A stretch of 64,000 nucleotides of DNA from an uncultured Candidatus Rokubacteria bacterium (GTDB lineage: Bacteria; Methylomirabilota; Methylomirabilia; Rokubacteriales; CSP1-6), in the NCBI GenBank assembly GCA_963762145.1, contig CAVXJS010000011.1, forward strand, positions 64,001 to 128,000, written 5' to 3'. The notes below the pieces were generated by a model. The model ran no database searches, had not been told where the DNA came from, and was given only the letters and a program-made list of their open reading frames with translations. Position 1 is the first letter of the stretch, and each line of letters opens with the position of its first letter. Positions 41,460-50,893 of this stretch are shown here, one piece after another. The position numbers were made by a program, and so were the translations under genes.

Positions 41460-44021
41460 ATGGATTATCGTCTCCCGACCACCGTGGTGCCCTCGCGGTA
41501 CGACATCCGGCTCGAGCCCGACCTCGAGGCGGCCACGTTCGCGGGCGAGGAGACGGTTGCGATCACGGTGACGGAGCCGGTGACCGAGATCGCGCTCAAC
41601 GCGGCCGAGCTCTCCATCCAGTCGGTGAGCGTGGTCACCGCCGACGGAATGACGGTCGAGGGAAGCGCGACGCTCGACGAGGCGGCGGAGCGCGCACGCC
41701 TGCTCTTCCCGTCGGCGATCCCGCCCGGCGAGCACCGGCTGACCCTGCGTTTCACCGGCATCCTGAACGACCGCCTGCACGGCTTCTACCGCAGCACCTA
41801 CAAGGACGCCGCGGGCGCCTCCCACGTGATCGCGGCCACCCAGTTCGAGGCCACCGACGCGCGGCGCGGGTTCCCGTGCTGGGACGAGCCCGCGCTCAAG
41901 GCGGTGTTCGGCGCGACCCTGGTGGTTCCGGAGCGGCTCGCCGCGATCTCGAACACGCGGGTGGTCAGCGAGACGCCCACCGGCACCGGGAAGAAGACGG
42001 TGGTCTTCGCCGACAGCATCCGGATGTCCACCTACCTCGTCGCCTTCGTGGTGGGCGAGCTCGAGGCGACGCCGCCGGTGATGGTCGGCCCGACGCCGCT
42101 GCGGGTGTGGTGCGTGCCGGGCAAGCTCCATCTGACCCGCTTCGCGCTCGAGATCGGCGCGTTCTCGCTCGAGTACTTCGAGCGCTACTACGGGATGCCC
42201 TATCCGGGTGACAAGCTCGACATGCTCGCGATCCCCGACTTCGCGGCGGGAGCCATGGAGAACCTGGGTGCGATCACCTACCGCGAGACCGCGCTCCTGG
42301 TGGACGAGACCGCCGCGTCGCACACCGAGCGCGAGCGCGTGGCGGACGTGGTGGCCCACGAGGTCGCCCACATGTGGTTCGGCGATCTCGTCACCATGCT
42401 CTGGTGGAACGGGATCTGGCTGAACGAGGCCTTCGCCACCTTCATGGAGCTCCTGGCGGTGGACGCCTGGAAGCCCGAGTGGAATCGGTGGACGACGTTC
42501 GGGGTGTCCCGGGCCGCCGCGATGGGCGTGGACGGCCTGCACAACACCCGGCCCATCGAGTTCGAGGTGCGGGCGCCGCGCGACTGCGAGGCGATGTTCG
42601 ACCTCCTGACCTACGAGAAGGGCGGCTCGGTCCTGCGCATGCTCGAGCAGTATCTGAGCGGTGAGGTCTTCCGGGACGGCGTACGCCTCTACCTCGAGCG
42701 GCATCGCTTCGGCAACGCGGAGACCACCGATCTGTGGAAGGCCCTCGGCGACGCCTCGCACCTGCCGATCCCGGAGGTCATGAACGCGTGGATCTTCCGG
42801 CCCGGCTACCCGCTGGTGAGCGTCGAGCCCGAGGGCGTCGGGGTCAAGCTGAGCCAGCGCCGGTTCACGTACCTGCCCGGCGAGGGCGCGGCCGCCGAGC
42901 GCTGGCAGATCCCGCTGCGGCTGCGCGCCTCGGTGAAGCGCGGCTTCGTGGACAAGCCGATCCTGCTCGGCAACGAGGATCTGTCGGTGCCGCTGCCCGC
43001 GTCCCCGGACTGGGTGGTGGCCAACGCGGGCGGGCACGGCTTCTATCGCGTGCAGTACGCGCCGCCGCTGCTCAAGAAGCTCACCGGGGCGCTCAAAAAG
43101 CTCGCGCCCATCGAGCGCTTCAACCTGGTGAGCGACGCCTTCGCCCTGACCCAGGCCGCGATGATGCCGTCGGCGGACTACCTCGACCTCACCGCGCGCT
43201 TCGTCGAGGAGACCGACCGCAACGTGTGGACCGCGCTGATCGGCTCGCTCGGCTACGTGAACCGGCTCATCGCGGACGAGTCGCGCCCGCATCTCGAGGG
43301 ACTGGTGCGACAGCGGGTCGAGGCGCCGGTGGAGCGGCTCGGCTGGGAGGCCCAGCCCGAGGAGGACGAGCTGGAGCGCCAGCTACGGGGCGACATGCTC
43401 CGCGCCCTCGGCACCCTCGGCAACGACCCGGCCACCCAGGATCGCGCCCGCTCGCTCTACGCGCGCTATCGCGAGGACGAGTCGGCGGTGGACGCCAACG
43501 TGCTGCCCGCCCTCATCGCGATCGTGGCCGCCGCGGGCGGGGAGACCGAGTACGACGACTTCCTCCAGCGCTTCAAGGCCGCGCGCACGCCGCAGGAGGA
43601 GCAGCGCTACCTCTACGCGCTCGCCGGGTTCCGGCCGCCCGACCTGGTGCGGCGCACGCTCGAGAAGACCACCAACGGCGAGGTGCGTAGCCAGGACGCG
43701 CCGTTCCTGATGCGGGCGTTGCTGGGGGGCGTGCACAGCCGCGGGCTCGCGTGGGACTACCTCAAGGCGAACTGGCAGACGATGGCCCGACAGTATCCCG
43801 GCAGCGCCTATCGCCGGATGTACGAGGGCGTGACCGCGCTCGTCAACCCGGAGTGGGAGCAGGACGTGAAGGCCTTCTTCGAGACGAACCAGATCGTGCT
43901 CGGCGGCAAGACGCTCGAGCAGTACCTCGAGCAGCTCCGCATCGCGGTGCGGCTGCAGGAGCGCGAGACGGCCGCCCTGGCCGCCTACCTGGCGAAGCCG
44001 CCTCGTCCCCCGCGCCGCTAG
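41460..44021 (+). CDS. M1-family (puromycin-sensitive-type) aminopeptidase with ERAP1-like C-terminal domain
   Basis: TQFE, GAMEN, HEVAH-x18-E (WLNEAFA), YEKG. Confidence 0.96.
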   Translation: MDYRLPTTVVPSRYDIRLEPDLEAATFAGEETVAITVTEPVTEIALNAAELSIQSVSVVTADGMTVEGSATLDEAAERARLLFPSAIPPGEHRLTLRFTGILNDRLHGFYRSTYKDAAGASHVIAATQFEATDARRGFPCWDEPALKAVFGATLVVPERLAAISNTRVVSETPTGTGKKTVVFADSIRMSTYLVAFVVGELEATPPVMVGPTPLRVWCVPGKLHLTRFALEIGAFSLEYFERYYGMPYPGDKLDMLAIPDFAAGAMENLGAITYRETALLVDETAASHTERERVADVVAHEVAHMWFGDLVTMLWWNGIWLNEAFATFMELLAVDAWKPEWNRWTTFGVSRAAAMGVDGLHNTRPIEFEVRAPRDCEAMFDLLTYEKGGSVLRMLEQYLSGEVFRDGVRLYLERHRFGNAETTDLWKALGDASHLPIPEVMNAWIFRPGYPLVSVEPEGVGVKLSQRRFTYLPGEGAAAERWQIPLRLRASVKRGFVDKPILLGNEDLSVPLPASPDWVVANAGGHGFYRVQYAPPLLKKLTGALKKLAPIERFNLVSDAFALTQAAMMPSADYLDLTARFVEETDRNVWTALIGSLGYVNRLIADESRPHLEGLVRQRVEAPVERLGWEAQPEEDELERQLRGDMLRALGTLGNDPATQDRARSLYARYREDESAVDANVLPALIAIVAAAGGETEYDDFLQRFKAARTPQEEQRYLYALAGFRPPDLVRRTLEKTTNGEVRSQDAPFLMRALLGGVHSRGLAWDYLKANWQTMARQYPGSAYRRMYEGVTALVNPEWEQDVKAFFETNQIVLGGKTLEQYLEQLRIAVRLQERETAALAAYLAKPPRPPRR

Positions 44022-44030
44022 CGGGTCGGG

Positions 44031-44330
44031 CTAGCCCCCGAAGAGGTCCACGAAGAAGTCCCGGGTGCCCGAGCCGACCACGGTGACGCCTTCCCACACA
44101 GCCTGGCCGGTGAACGTGACACCCTCCATAACGGTCTTGCCGACACCCTTGGCGAGCTCTCCGGTGCCGCTGAGCACCTCACCCTGCCCGATCTGCTGCG
44201 CGCCGATCCCCACCTGCTTGGTGGCCGCGGCCACGGGCTGGCTGTCGGCCGCCTGCCCGGGGCCGGGAGCGGTCGCGATGAGCGCCGAGAACGCGAGGGT
44301 GACAATCAGCCAACGAAGCCTCAGTGTCAT
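44031..44330 (-). CDS. Small secreted Gly/Val-rich hypothetical protein (99 aa)
   Basis: ATG 44330 with strong SD GGAGGTGGAG. Signal peptide MTLRLRWLIVTLAFSALIATA. Confidence 0.7.
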   Translation of the reverse strand: MTLRLRWLIVTLAFSALIATAPGPGQAADSQPVAAATKQVGIGAQQIGQGEVLSGTGELAKGVGKTVMEGVTFTGQAVWEGVTVVGSGTRDFFVDLFGG

Positions 44331-44438
44331 CTCCACCTCCTTCGGTTGGATAAATTCTCGAATCATGCTAACACCGTGCCGGAGCGGTTCCGGCATGTTC
44401 TCGGCCGCTCCGCCAACTTTTCCAGCGAGGTGAGGGAC

Positions 44439-45290
44439 ATGAAATACGGCGTGTTCCAGTTCTCCACCGACTACACGATCCGCATCGACGATCTCGCGCG
44501 CGAGGCCGAGGCCCGCGGCTTCGAGTCGCTGTTCGTCCCCGAGCACACCCACATCCCGGCGAGCCGCAAGAGTCCCTGGCCGGGCGGCGCCGACCTGCCG
44601 CGCGAGTACTGGCACACCGTGGATCCGTTCGTCGGGCTCGCCGCCGCGGCGGCGGTGACCACGCGGATCAAGCTCGGCACCGGGATCTGCCTGGTGATCG
44701 AGCGCGACCCCATCGTGCTCGCCAAGGAGGTCGCGAGCCTCGACTATCTCTCGCGCGGCCGCGTGCTCTTCGGGATCGGCGGCGGGTGGAATGCCGAGGA
44801 GATGGCGCATCACGGAACGGACTTCGACACGCGCTGGAAGGTGCTGCGCGAGCGCATCGCCGCGATGCGGGAGATCTGGACGAAGGACGAGGCCGAGTAC
44901 CACGGCAAGTTCGTGAACTTCGACAAGCTCTGGTCGTACCCGAAGCCGGTGCAGAAGCCGCATCCCCCGATCCTCATGGGCGGCGCCGGCCCTCACGCGC
45001 GGCAGCGCGCGGTGGACTTCGGGGGCCACTGGCTGCCGATCGGCGGGCGCTCCTACAGCGAGCCGATCGCCGAGACCATCGCGGATCTTCGCGCGCGGGC
45101 CGAGAAGGCGGGCCAGGATCCGGGCGCGGTCACCGTCTCCATCTTCGGCGCGCCCACCGACGAGGCGCGCCTGGCCGGATTGCGTGACGCGGGCGTGCTG
45201 CGCGCGATCTTCGGCCTGCCCCCCGCGGGCCGCGATCAGGTCTTGCCGCTCCTGGACAAGTACGCGGCGCTCATGACCAAGATCGGCTGA
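44439..45290 (+). CDS. LLM-class, probably F420-dependent oxidoreductase
   Basis: ATG 44439 after GAGGTGAGGG. PEHTHIP, DPFVGL, LAKEVASLD.LS.GR, GWNAEE, PKPVQKPHPPI. Confidence 0.88.
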   Translation: MKYGVFQFSTDYTIRIDDLAREAEARGFESLFVPEHTHIPASRKSPWPGGADLPREYWHTVDPFVGLAAAAAVTTRIKLGTGICLVIERDPIVLAKEVASLDYLSRGRVLFGIGGGWNAEEMAHHGTDFDTRWKVLRERIAAMREIWTKDEAEYHGKFVNFDKLWSYPKPVQKPHPPILMGGAGPHARQRAVDFGGHWLPIGGRSYSEPIAETIADLRARAEKAGQDPGAVTVSIFGAPTDEARLAGLRDAGVLRAIFGLPPAGRDQVLPLLDKYAALMTKIG

Positions 45291-45341
45291 TGCCGTCTGA
45301 TCTCCCCCGCGGCGGGTGCTTGCCCCCGACCGCGGGACGGA

Positions 45342-46592
45342 TCAGGCGCGCGCGGCCGCGCCCGGTCTCGTTGTGAGCGTGAAGACGGTCAGCGCCCCCA
45401 GGCCGATGAGCGCGACGGCCAGGGCCCAGAGGTAGATCGCCAGGTACCCGCCCGTGCGGTCGAAGAGCACGCCGGACAGCCAGGGGCCGAGCGCCGCGCC
45501 CAGATTGTTGCCGATGCCGAGCAGGCCGAAGATGAAGCCATAGTGCGCGGGCGGCGCGATGCGGCCGAGCAGCACGGTGACGATGCTCGCCCGCGAGCCG
45601 AGCGGCAGGAAGAGAAAGAGCACGTAGCCCGCCGCGAGGATCCAGAGCGGCCGGACCTCCATCGCGATCAGGCAGAGCATGCCCAGCAGCGAGCAGGAGA
45701 ACGAGAGGAAGCCCGCGGTGGGTCCGCCGAAGCGATCGGCCACCAGGCCCGCCAGGGCCCGGCCGCCGCCCGCCAGCACGCCCCCGATGGCGAGGAGCAA
45801 GGACGCCTCGCCCGCCGTGAAGCCGCGATCGGTGAAATACAGCGTGTGCTGGGTGGTGGCGAGATATCCGAAGAGGGGCGGCGTGGTGAACATCACCAGG
45901 AGGCTCCAGAATCCGGCGGAGCGGATGATGCTCGAAGCGGTCACCGGCGTGCTTCCTGGTCTCGCGAACCCGCGGTCCATCGCCGAGGCCAGGCGCGTCG
46001 GGTGCGCGTGCCACGCCCACGGGATCAGGGCCGCGATCGCTGCCGCGTAGCACCAGAAGGCGGGGCGCCAGCCCCAGTGGGTGATGATCCACTGGGCCGG
46101 CGCGGCCAAGGCGTAGGCCGCCATCGACCCGCCGAAGGCGATCCCGGTGGCAAGGCCGCGGCGCCGGACGTAGGCATCCGCGATGAGCGCGGCGTGGGTC
46201 GTCATGCCCGTCAGGCCGAGGCCGGCGCCCCCACCGAACCCCATGGCCGTCAGGAACAGCGGCAGGGTCGGCGCCAGGCTGCCCAGCAGCATCCCGAGGG
46301 CCACCAAGCCCAGGCCGAGGCTGACGAGCAGGCGCGGGTTCCAGCGGGCGACCAGGTAGCCGGCGACGGGACTGAGCAGGGCGCCGCCCACCCAGAGCAG
46401 GGAGGCGGTGGACGCGGTGGCGGCCCGGGAGCCGCCGAACTCGGCCAGCAGCGCGGGCAGGAACACCGGGAAGGTATTGGTGATTCCGGCCACGAGCAGC
46501 ATGGTGACGAAGGCAAGCCAGAGCCGCTGGCTGGCGAGGGACTCGGACTGCGGGGAGGGGGCCGGGCCCGGGGGGCCCGGAGCGAGGCTCAG
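45342..46592 (-). CDS. MFS transporter
   Basis: About 12 TM helices, RRGLATGIA, GLVADRFG. First helix (RLWLAFVTMLL) begins upstream of ATG 46502, and the frame is open to CTG 46592 overlapping the rpsU stop. Confidence 0.8.
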   Translation of the reverse strand: MSLAPGPPGPAPSPQSESLASQRLWLAFVTMLLVAGITNTFPVFLPALLAEFGGSRAATASTASLLWVGGALLSPVAGYLVARWNPRLLVSLGLGLVALGMLLGSLAPTLPLFLTAMGFGGGAGLGLTGMTTHAALIADAYVRRRGLATGIAFGGSMAAYALAAPAQWIITHWGWRPAFWCYAAAIAALIPWAWHAHPTRLASAMDRGFARPGSTPVTASSIIRSAGFWSLLVMFTTPPLFGYLATTQHTLYFTDRGFTAGEASLLLAIGGVLAGGGRALAGLVADRFGGPTAGFLSFSCSLLGMLCLIAMEVRPLWILAAGYVLFLFLPLGSRASIVTVLLGRIAPPAHYGFIFGLLGIGNNLGAALGPWLSGVLFDRTGGYLAIYLWALAVALIGLGALTVFTLTTRPGAAARA

Positions 46593-46786
46593 TCGTCCGC
46601 CTCGGCGCGCTTCATGGCCTTCCGGCGCTTCTTCCGCGCCTCAGCCTGCTTGCGCTTCCGCTTGACCGACGGCTTCTCGTAGTACGCGCGCTTCTTCATC
46701 TCCTTGAAGAGCCCATCCTTGAGCATGAGCTTCTTCATGGTCTTCAGCGCGGACTCGACCTGATTATCGTGTACCTCGATACGCAT
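46589..46786 (-). CDS. rpsU: 30S ribosomal protein bS21
   Basis: MRIEVHDNQVESALKTMKK...EMKKRAYYEKPSVKRKRKQAEA. Confidence 0.95.
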   Translation of the reverse strand: MRIEVHDNQVESALKTMKKLMLKDGLFKEMKKRAYYEKPSVKRKRKQAEARKKRRKAMKRAEADD

Positions 46787-46793
46787 GACAGGC

Positions 46794-46822
46794 AAAGTAC
46801 CCGGAGGGCGCGCCGCTGTCAA
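46794..46822 (-). promoter_or_regulatory. Sigma70 promoter of rpsU: TTGACA-17-TACTTT, 7 nt before ATG
   Basis: -35 at 46822-46817, -10 at 46799-46794, then gcctgtc-ATG. No SD. Confidence 0.7.
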
Positions 46823-46861
46823 TGCCCACGTGGGTGCCCACCCCTGATACGATTGCTTCCC

Positions 46862-47914
46862 ATGATCGCCCCGCCCGCCCGGCTGGAGCTCGCCCTGGCG
46901 CCCACGCCGATCCTCAAGCTCGATCGCCTCTCTCGCCGGCTGGGCGTCGAGCTCTACGTCAAGCGCGACGATCTGACCGGCCTGCTCGAATCGGGCAACA
47001 AGGTGCGCAAGCTGGAGTTCCTGGTGGGCGAGGCGCTGCAGCAGGGGGCCGATACCCTGATCACGTGCGGGCCGCCTGACTCCAACGGCTGCCGTGCCGT
47101 CGCTGCGGTGGCGGCCCGGCTCGGGCTCCGCGCGGTGCTCGCGATCCGGGGCGAACGTCCCGCCGCGGCTGACGGCAACCTGCTGCTGGGGCGGCTGCTC
47201 GGCGCGGACACGCGCTACTATCCCGATCTTCGGTCGGCTCGGGGGTCCGACCTGGCGCCCGAAGGAGGCGACGCGGTCATGGCCGCGCTCGCCGCCGAGG
47301 TCCGCGAAGGCGGCGGACGCCCCTACATAATTCCGGAGAGCGGGGCGGGGGAGCTGGGCGCGCTCGGGTACATCGAGTGCGCGGTCGAGCTGTCGGAGCA
47401 GATCCACCACGGGGCGCCGCGCTTCGACACGATCGTCATCACGGCGGGGAGCGGTGGCAGTCACGCGGGCCTGCTCATGGGCAAGCAGCTCGCGGGGCTT
47501 CCCGGGGAGATCGTGAGCGTGCCGGCCACCGGGCCGGCGGAGCGGGTGCGCCGGGCCATCGTCGGGACGATCGGCGCCGCCATCGAGCGCTTCGGGTTCG
47601 CCATCGAGGTGCCCAAGGCCATCCACCTCCTGGACGGCTACCAGGGCGCCGGGCCCGCGGAGGCGAGCGATGAGGAGCTGGGCGTCGTCCTGCACCTGGC
47701 CCGGGAGGAGGGGCTGCTGCTGGATCCGGTCTACACCGCGCGGGGTTTTCGAGGGCTGGTGGAGACGCTGGCGCGCGATCCGAAGGCGCTGGGGCAGCGC
47801 GTCTGCTTCATCCACACCGGGGGACTGTTCAGCGTGTTTGCCTACAAGGACCGCCTGAGCCTTCTCCTGTCGGGCGAGGCGCAGCCGAAGGCGAGCCGAG
47901 CGGATACCCAGTAA
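46862..47914 (+). CDS. D-cysteine desulfhydrase/ACC deaminase-family PLP enzyme
   Basis: ATG 46862. PTP, YVKRDD, GNKVRKLE, GSGGSHAG, LDPVYT, IHTGG. Confidence 0.88.
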   Translation: MIAPPARLELALAPTPILKLDRLSRRLGVELYVKRDDLTGLLESGNKVRKLEFLVGEALQQGADTLITCGPPDSNGCRAVAAVAARLGLRAVLAIRGERPAAADGNLLLGRLLGADTRYYPDLRSARGSDLAPEGGDAVMAALAAEVREGGGRPYIIPESGAGELGALGYIECAVELSEQIHHGAPRFDTIVITAGSGGSHAGLLMGKQLAGLPGEIVSVPATGPAERVRRAIVGTIGAAIERFGFAIEVPKAIHLLDGYQGAGPAEASDEELGVVLHLAREEGLLLDPVYTARGFRGLVETLARDPKALGQRVCFIHTGGLFSVFAYKDRLSLLLSGEAQPKASRADTQ

Positions 47915-47917
47915 GGA

Positions 47918-48682
47918 CTAGATGGTGTAGGTCTTGCCCTGCTCCAGGATGTGGATGCGGCTCGGGTCGATCTTGGCCAGCTCCTCCGCCGTCTCCTGAT
48001 AGAGCTGCGGCTTGATGTGGTAGATCCAGATCGGGAGATCGGCGGGCATCTTGTCGATCTCCTGCCGCAGCATCTCAGGGGTGAGATGTCCGGAGGCCTT
48101 CGCGAGCGCCGACAGCCGGTTGGGGAAGGCGGTCTCCACGATCAGCGCCTTCAGCCCGCGCATCTCGCGGGCGATCTGCCAGATTCGCTTGGTCGGGCCG
48201 GTGTCGCCGCTGAACACGAACCCGGTCTCCCCGTCGTGGATGACGAAGCCGGTGGTGGGGACGGTGTGCTCCACGAGCACCGGCGTCACCCAGAGCTCGC
48301 CGACTCGCGATTCGCCCTCCTCGGGCAGCTCGCGGAACCCCAGGACCGACTGCGCGGCCGACGGGATATTGGTGAAGTTCGGCCAGAGCTCGTCGTTGAA
48401 GGCGTGGGTGCGCAGCGACTCCACGACGTGGGCGATGCTGCAGGCGGTGACCCGGCGGTCGGGCGCGACCATCGCGAGGGTGTCGGTGAGGAACGCGAGC
48501 CCCGCGGTGTGGTCCAGGTGCGCGTGACTGATCAACGCGTGCTGGATCTGGATCTGCTCGGGAACCGAGAGCGCGCCGCCCACCGTGCCCGCGTCCACCA
48601 GCACGCGGTCGTCGACGAGGAAGGCCGTGGGCCTCTGCCCCGGTCCCTCGCTGCCGTAAGTACCGAGGACTTTAATCTTCAA
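47918..48682 (-). CDS. Metallo-beta-lactamase fold, class II cyclic-nucleotide phosphodiesterase-like
   Basis: KVLGTYGSE, DAGT, SHAHLDH, AFNDELWPNF, HTVPT, SGDTGP, GHLTP, HIKP. Confidence 0.8.
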   Translation of the reverse strand: MKIKVLGTYGSEGPGQRPTAFLVDDRVLVDAGTVGGALSVPEQIQIQHALISHAHLDHTAGLAFLTDTLAMVAPDRRVTACSIAHVVESLRTHAFNDELWPNFTNIPSAAQSVLGFRELPEEGESRVGELWVTPVLVEHTVPTTGFVIHDGETGFVFSGDTGPTKRIWQIAREMRGLKALIVETAFPNRLSALAKASGHLTPEMLRQEIDKMPADLPIWIYHIKPQLYQETAEELAKIDPSRIHILEQGKTYTI

Positions 48683-48832
48683 TGAAGCCCTTCATGAGGC
48701 CGTGAGTCCCCCCGGTTCGGGCGGTTGGCACTTCTGCGAATACTAGTCTAGCAGCGAGAGGGCGGGCAATCCGAGGGAATTGGGCGGGTTCGGGCGCCCG
48801 CAACCGAGCGTGTCGAAAGGGCATCGGCGCGC

Positions 48833-49432
48833 TCACTCGCACGCGGAGGCGGTCTTGAAGCGGGCCGCGAACTCCTCGAGCTCCCGACAAGGGTCGCCGG
48901 CCGCGCGCGACGGGCTCGGCTCCTCGCGCCGGACCGCCAGGACCACGCTCTTGAGATAGGCGTACTGGAGCCGGACGGCGTCCGCATAGTCGAGATCCCA
49001 GCCGGTCATCAGGAGCTCCACGCTCGCGACGTGCGCCTCGACCTCGCATTGGTGGCGATGGCTCTGGCACCGGCCGTCGCCATGGCCCAGGACGAAGTGG
49101 GCGAGCTCGTGGCTGAGCACAGCCTGAGCGATCAGGTCATCGGCGACCACCGCCCGGTTGATCATGATGCGCCCCGGGCGGCCGAGATCGGCGAAGCCGG
49201 TGCGCGGCGTGAAGTAGGCGGCCGGGCGTCCCATCGCCGAGAGCGCCGCGTCGTCGCCGATTCGCACCGCCGGCGGGTCACCCTTGATCCCGCGCGACTC
49301 CAGGATCTGCCGGGCGGCCCGCTCGTACTCGTCGATCCGGGTCTGCTCGAGATCGGTGAAGGACCGGAGCGGCGCCGCGCAGGCCGTCAGGCCGAGCGCC
49401 GCCACCAGCGCGATGTGTCGAAGCGCCATCAT
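48833..49432 (-). CDS. Lipoprotein with HExxH zinc-metallopeptidase motif
   Basis: MMALRHIALVAALGLTAC lipobox. AVLSHELAHFVLGH ... EVEA. Confidence 0.7.
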   Translation of the reverse strand: MMALRHIALVAALGLTACAAPLRSFTDLEQTRIDEYERAARQILESRGIKGDPPAVRIGDDAALSAMGRPAAYFTPRTGFADLGRPGRIMINRAVVADDLIAQAVLSHELAHFVLGHGDGRCQSHRHQCEVEAHVASVELLMTGWDLDYADAVRLQYAYLKSVVLAVRREEPSPSRAAGDPCRELEEFAARFKTASACE

Positions 49433-49519
49433 CCATCGAGCATGACACGCTCGGGAATTTCTCCGCTTCGCGCGCTGCCGGCGTGGCGTTCCCTCGCCCC
49501 CATGTGGCATACTTTGCGC

Positions 49520-50893
49520 GTGATCTTTCAGCAGATCCTGAACGAGGAATCCGGCTGCCTGTCCTACCTGATCGGCTGCGCCCAGGCCGGCCAGGCGGTG
49601 ATCGTGGACCCGGGCCGCGATCGGGTGGACGACTACGTGGCGATGGCCCGCCGCAAGGGCCTCACGGTGAGCGACATCCTCGAGACCCACGTGCACGCCG
49701 ACCACGTGTCCGGCAACCAGGCCCTGGCCGCCAGGACCGGGGCGCGGATCCACATCCACCCCGCGGCCCAGGCCGCCTTCGCGCACGATCCGGTGGAGCA
49801 CGGGCGGGAGATCCGGATCGGCAACGTGGCGCTCGGGGTCCTGCACGTGCCCGGGCACACCCCCGACAGCATCGCCCTGCTGGTGACCGATCTGAGCCGA
49901 GGCACCGAGCCCTGGTTCGTGCTGACCGGCGACACGCTTTTCGTGGGCGACGTGGGCCGGCCGGATTTCGGCGGCGAGCAGGCCGCGGCCAGCCTCTACG
50001 CGAGCCTCACCGAGCGCCTGCTGCGGCTGCCCGACAGCGTCGAGGTGTACCCGGCGCACGGTGCCGGATCGAGCTGCGGCCGGGCCATGTCGAGCAAGAC
50101 CGCGACGACCATCGGCTTCGAGCGCCGCTTCAACGCCGCGCTGCAGGTGCCCGACGCCGAGGAGTTCGTCCGGCGCCTCATGACCGGGCTGCCGCCCAAG
50201 CCGCCCAACTTCGACCGCATCATCGCGCGCAATCGCGCCCAGGCGTTGCCCCAGAACACCGAGCCCCGGCCGCTCTCGGCGGCGCAGGTGCGGGAGCTGC
50301 TCGACAAGGGCGCCTGCGTGCTCGACGTGCGCAGCCCGGAGGAGTACGGCCTGGCCCACGTCCCCGGGGCGCTCAACGTCTGGATCGAGAGCCCGCAGTT
50401 CGCCAACCGGTCCGGGCTCTTCATCCCCGCGGAGGCGCCGGTGGTGCTGGTGGTGGCGAGCCCGACCGACCTCACCCGCGCGATGGACGGCCTCGGCCGC
50501 ATCGGGCTCGACTCGATCGCGGGTCATCTGCAGTGGGGGATGACCGAGTGGAAGAGCCAGGGGCTGCCGGTCGGCCAGGTCCCGCAGATCAGCGTGCACG
50601 ACCTGGCCACCATGAAGGACGAGCGGCCCGACCTCGTGGTGCTGGACGTCCGCGAGCTGTTCGAGTGGGACGAGGGCCATATCGACGGGGCCCTGCACCT
50701 GCCCATGGCCGAGGCGCTGGCCCGCAAGGACCTGGTGCCGACGGGGCGGCCGAAGGCGGTCCTCTGCGCGGGCGGGCTGCGCTCGAGCCTCGTGATCAGC
50801 GCGCTGAGCCGCGCGGGCCTGACCGACTTCTACAACGTCATCGGCGGCATGACCGCCTGGCAGAAGGGCGGCTACAGCACGGTGAAGCGTTGA
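49520..50893 (+). CDS. MBL-fold persulfide dioxygenase-rhodanese fusion (Blh/CstB-like)
   Basis: GTG 49520. SYLIG, ETHVHADHVSG, PGHTP, GDVGRPD, PAHGAGSSCG, two rhodanese domains (LDVR, CAGGLRS). Confidence 0.88.
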   Translation: MIFQQILNEESGCLSYLIGCAQAGQAVIVDPGRDRVDDYVAMARRKGLTVSDILETHVHADHVSGNQALAARTGARIHIHPAAQAAFAHDPVEHGREIRIGNVALGVLHVPGHTPDSIALLVTDLSRGTEPWFVLTGDTLFVGDVGRPDFGGEQAAASLYASLTERLLRLPDSVEVYPAHGAGSSCGRAMSSKTATTIGFERRFNAALQVPDAEEFVRRLMTGLPPKPPNFDRIIARNRAQALPQNTEPRPLSAAQVRELLDKGACVLDVRSPEEYGLAHVPGALNVWIESPQFANRSGLFIPAEAPVVLVVASPTDLTRAMDGLGRIGLDSIAGHLQWGMTEWKSQGLPVGQVPQISVHDLATMKDERPDLVVLDVRELFEWDEGHIDGALHLPMAEALARKDLVPTGRPKAVLCAGGLRSSLVISALSRAGLTDFYNVIGGMTAWQKGGYSTVKR

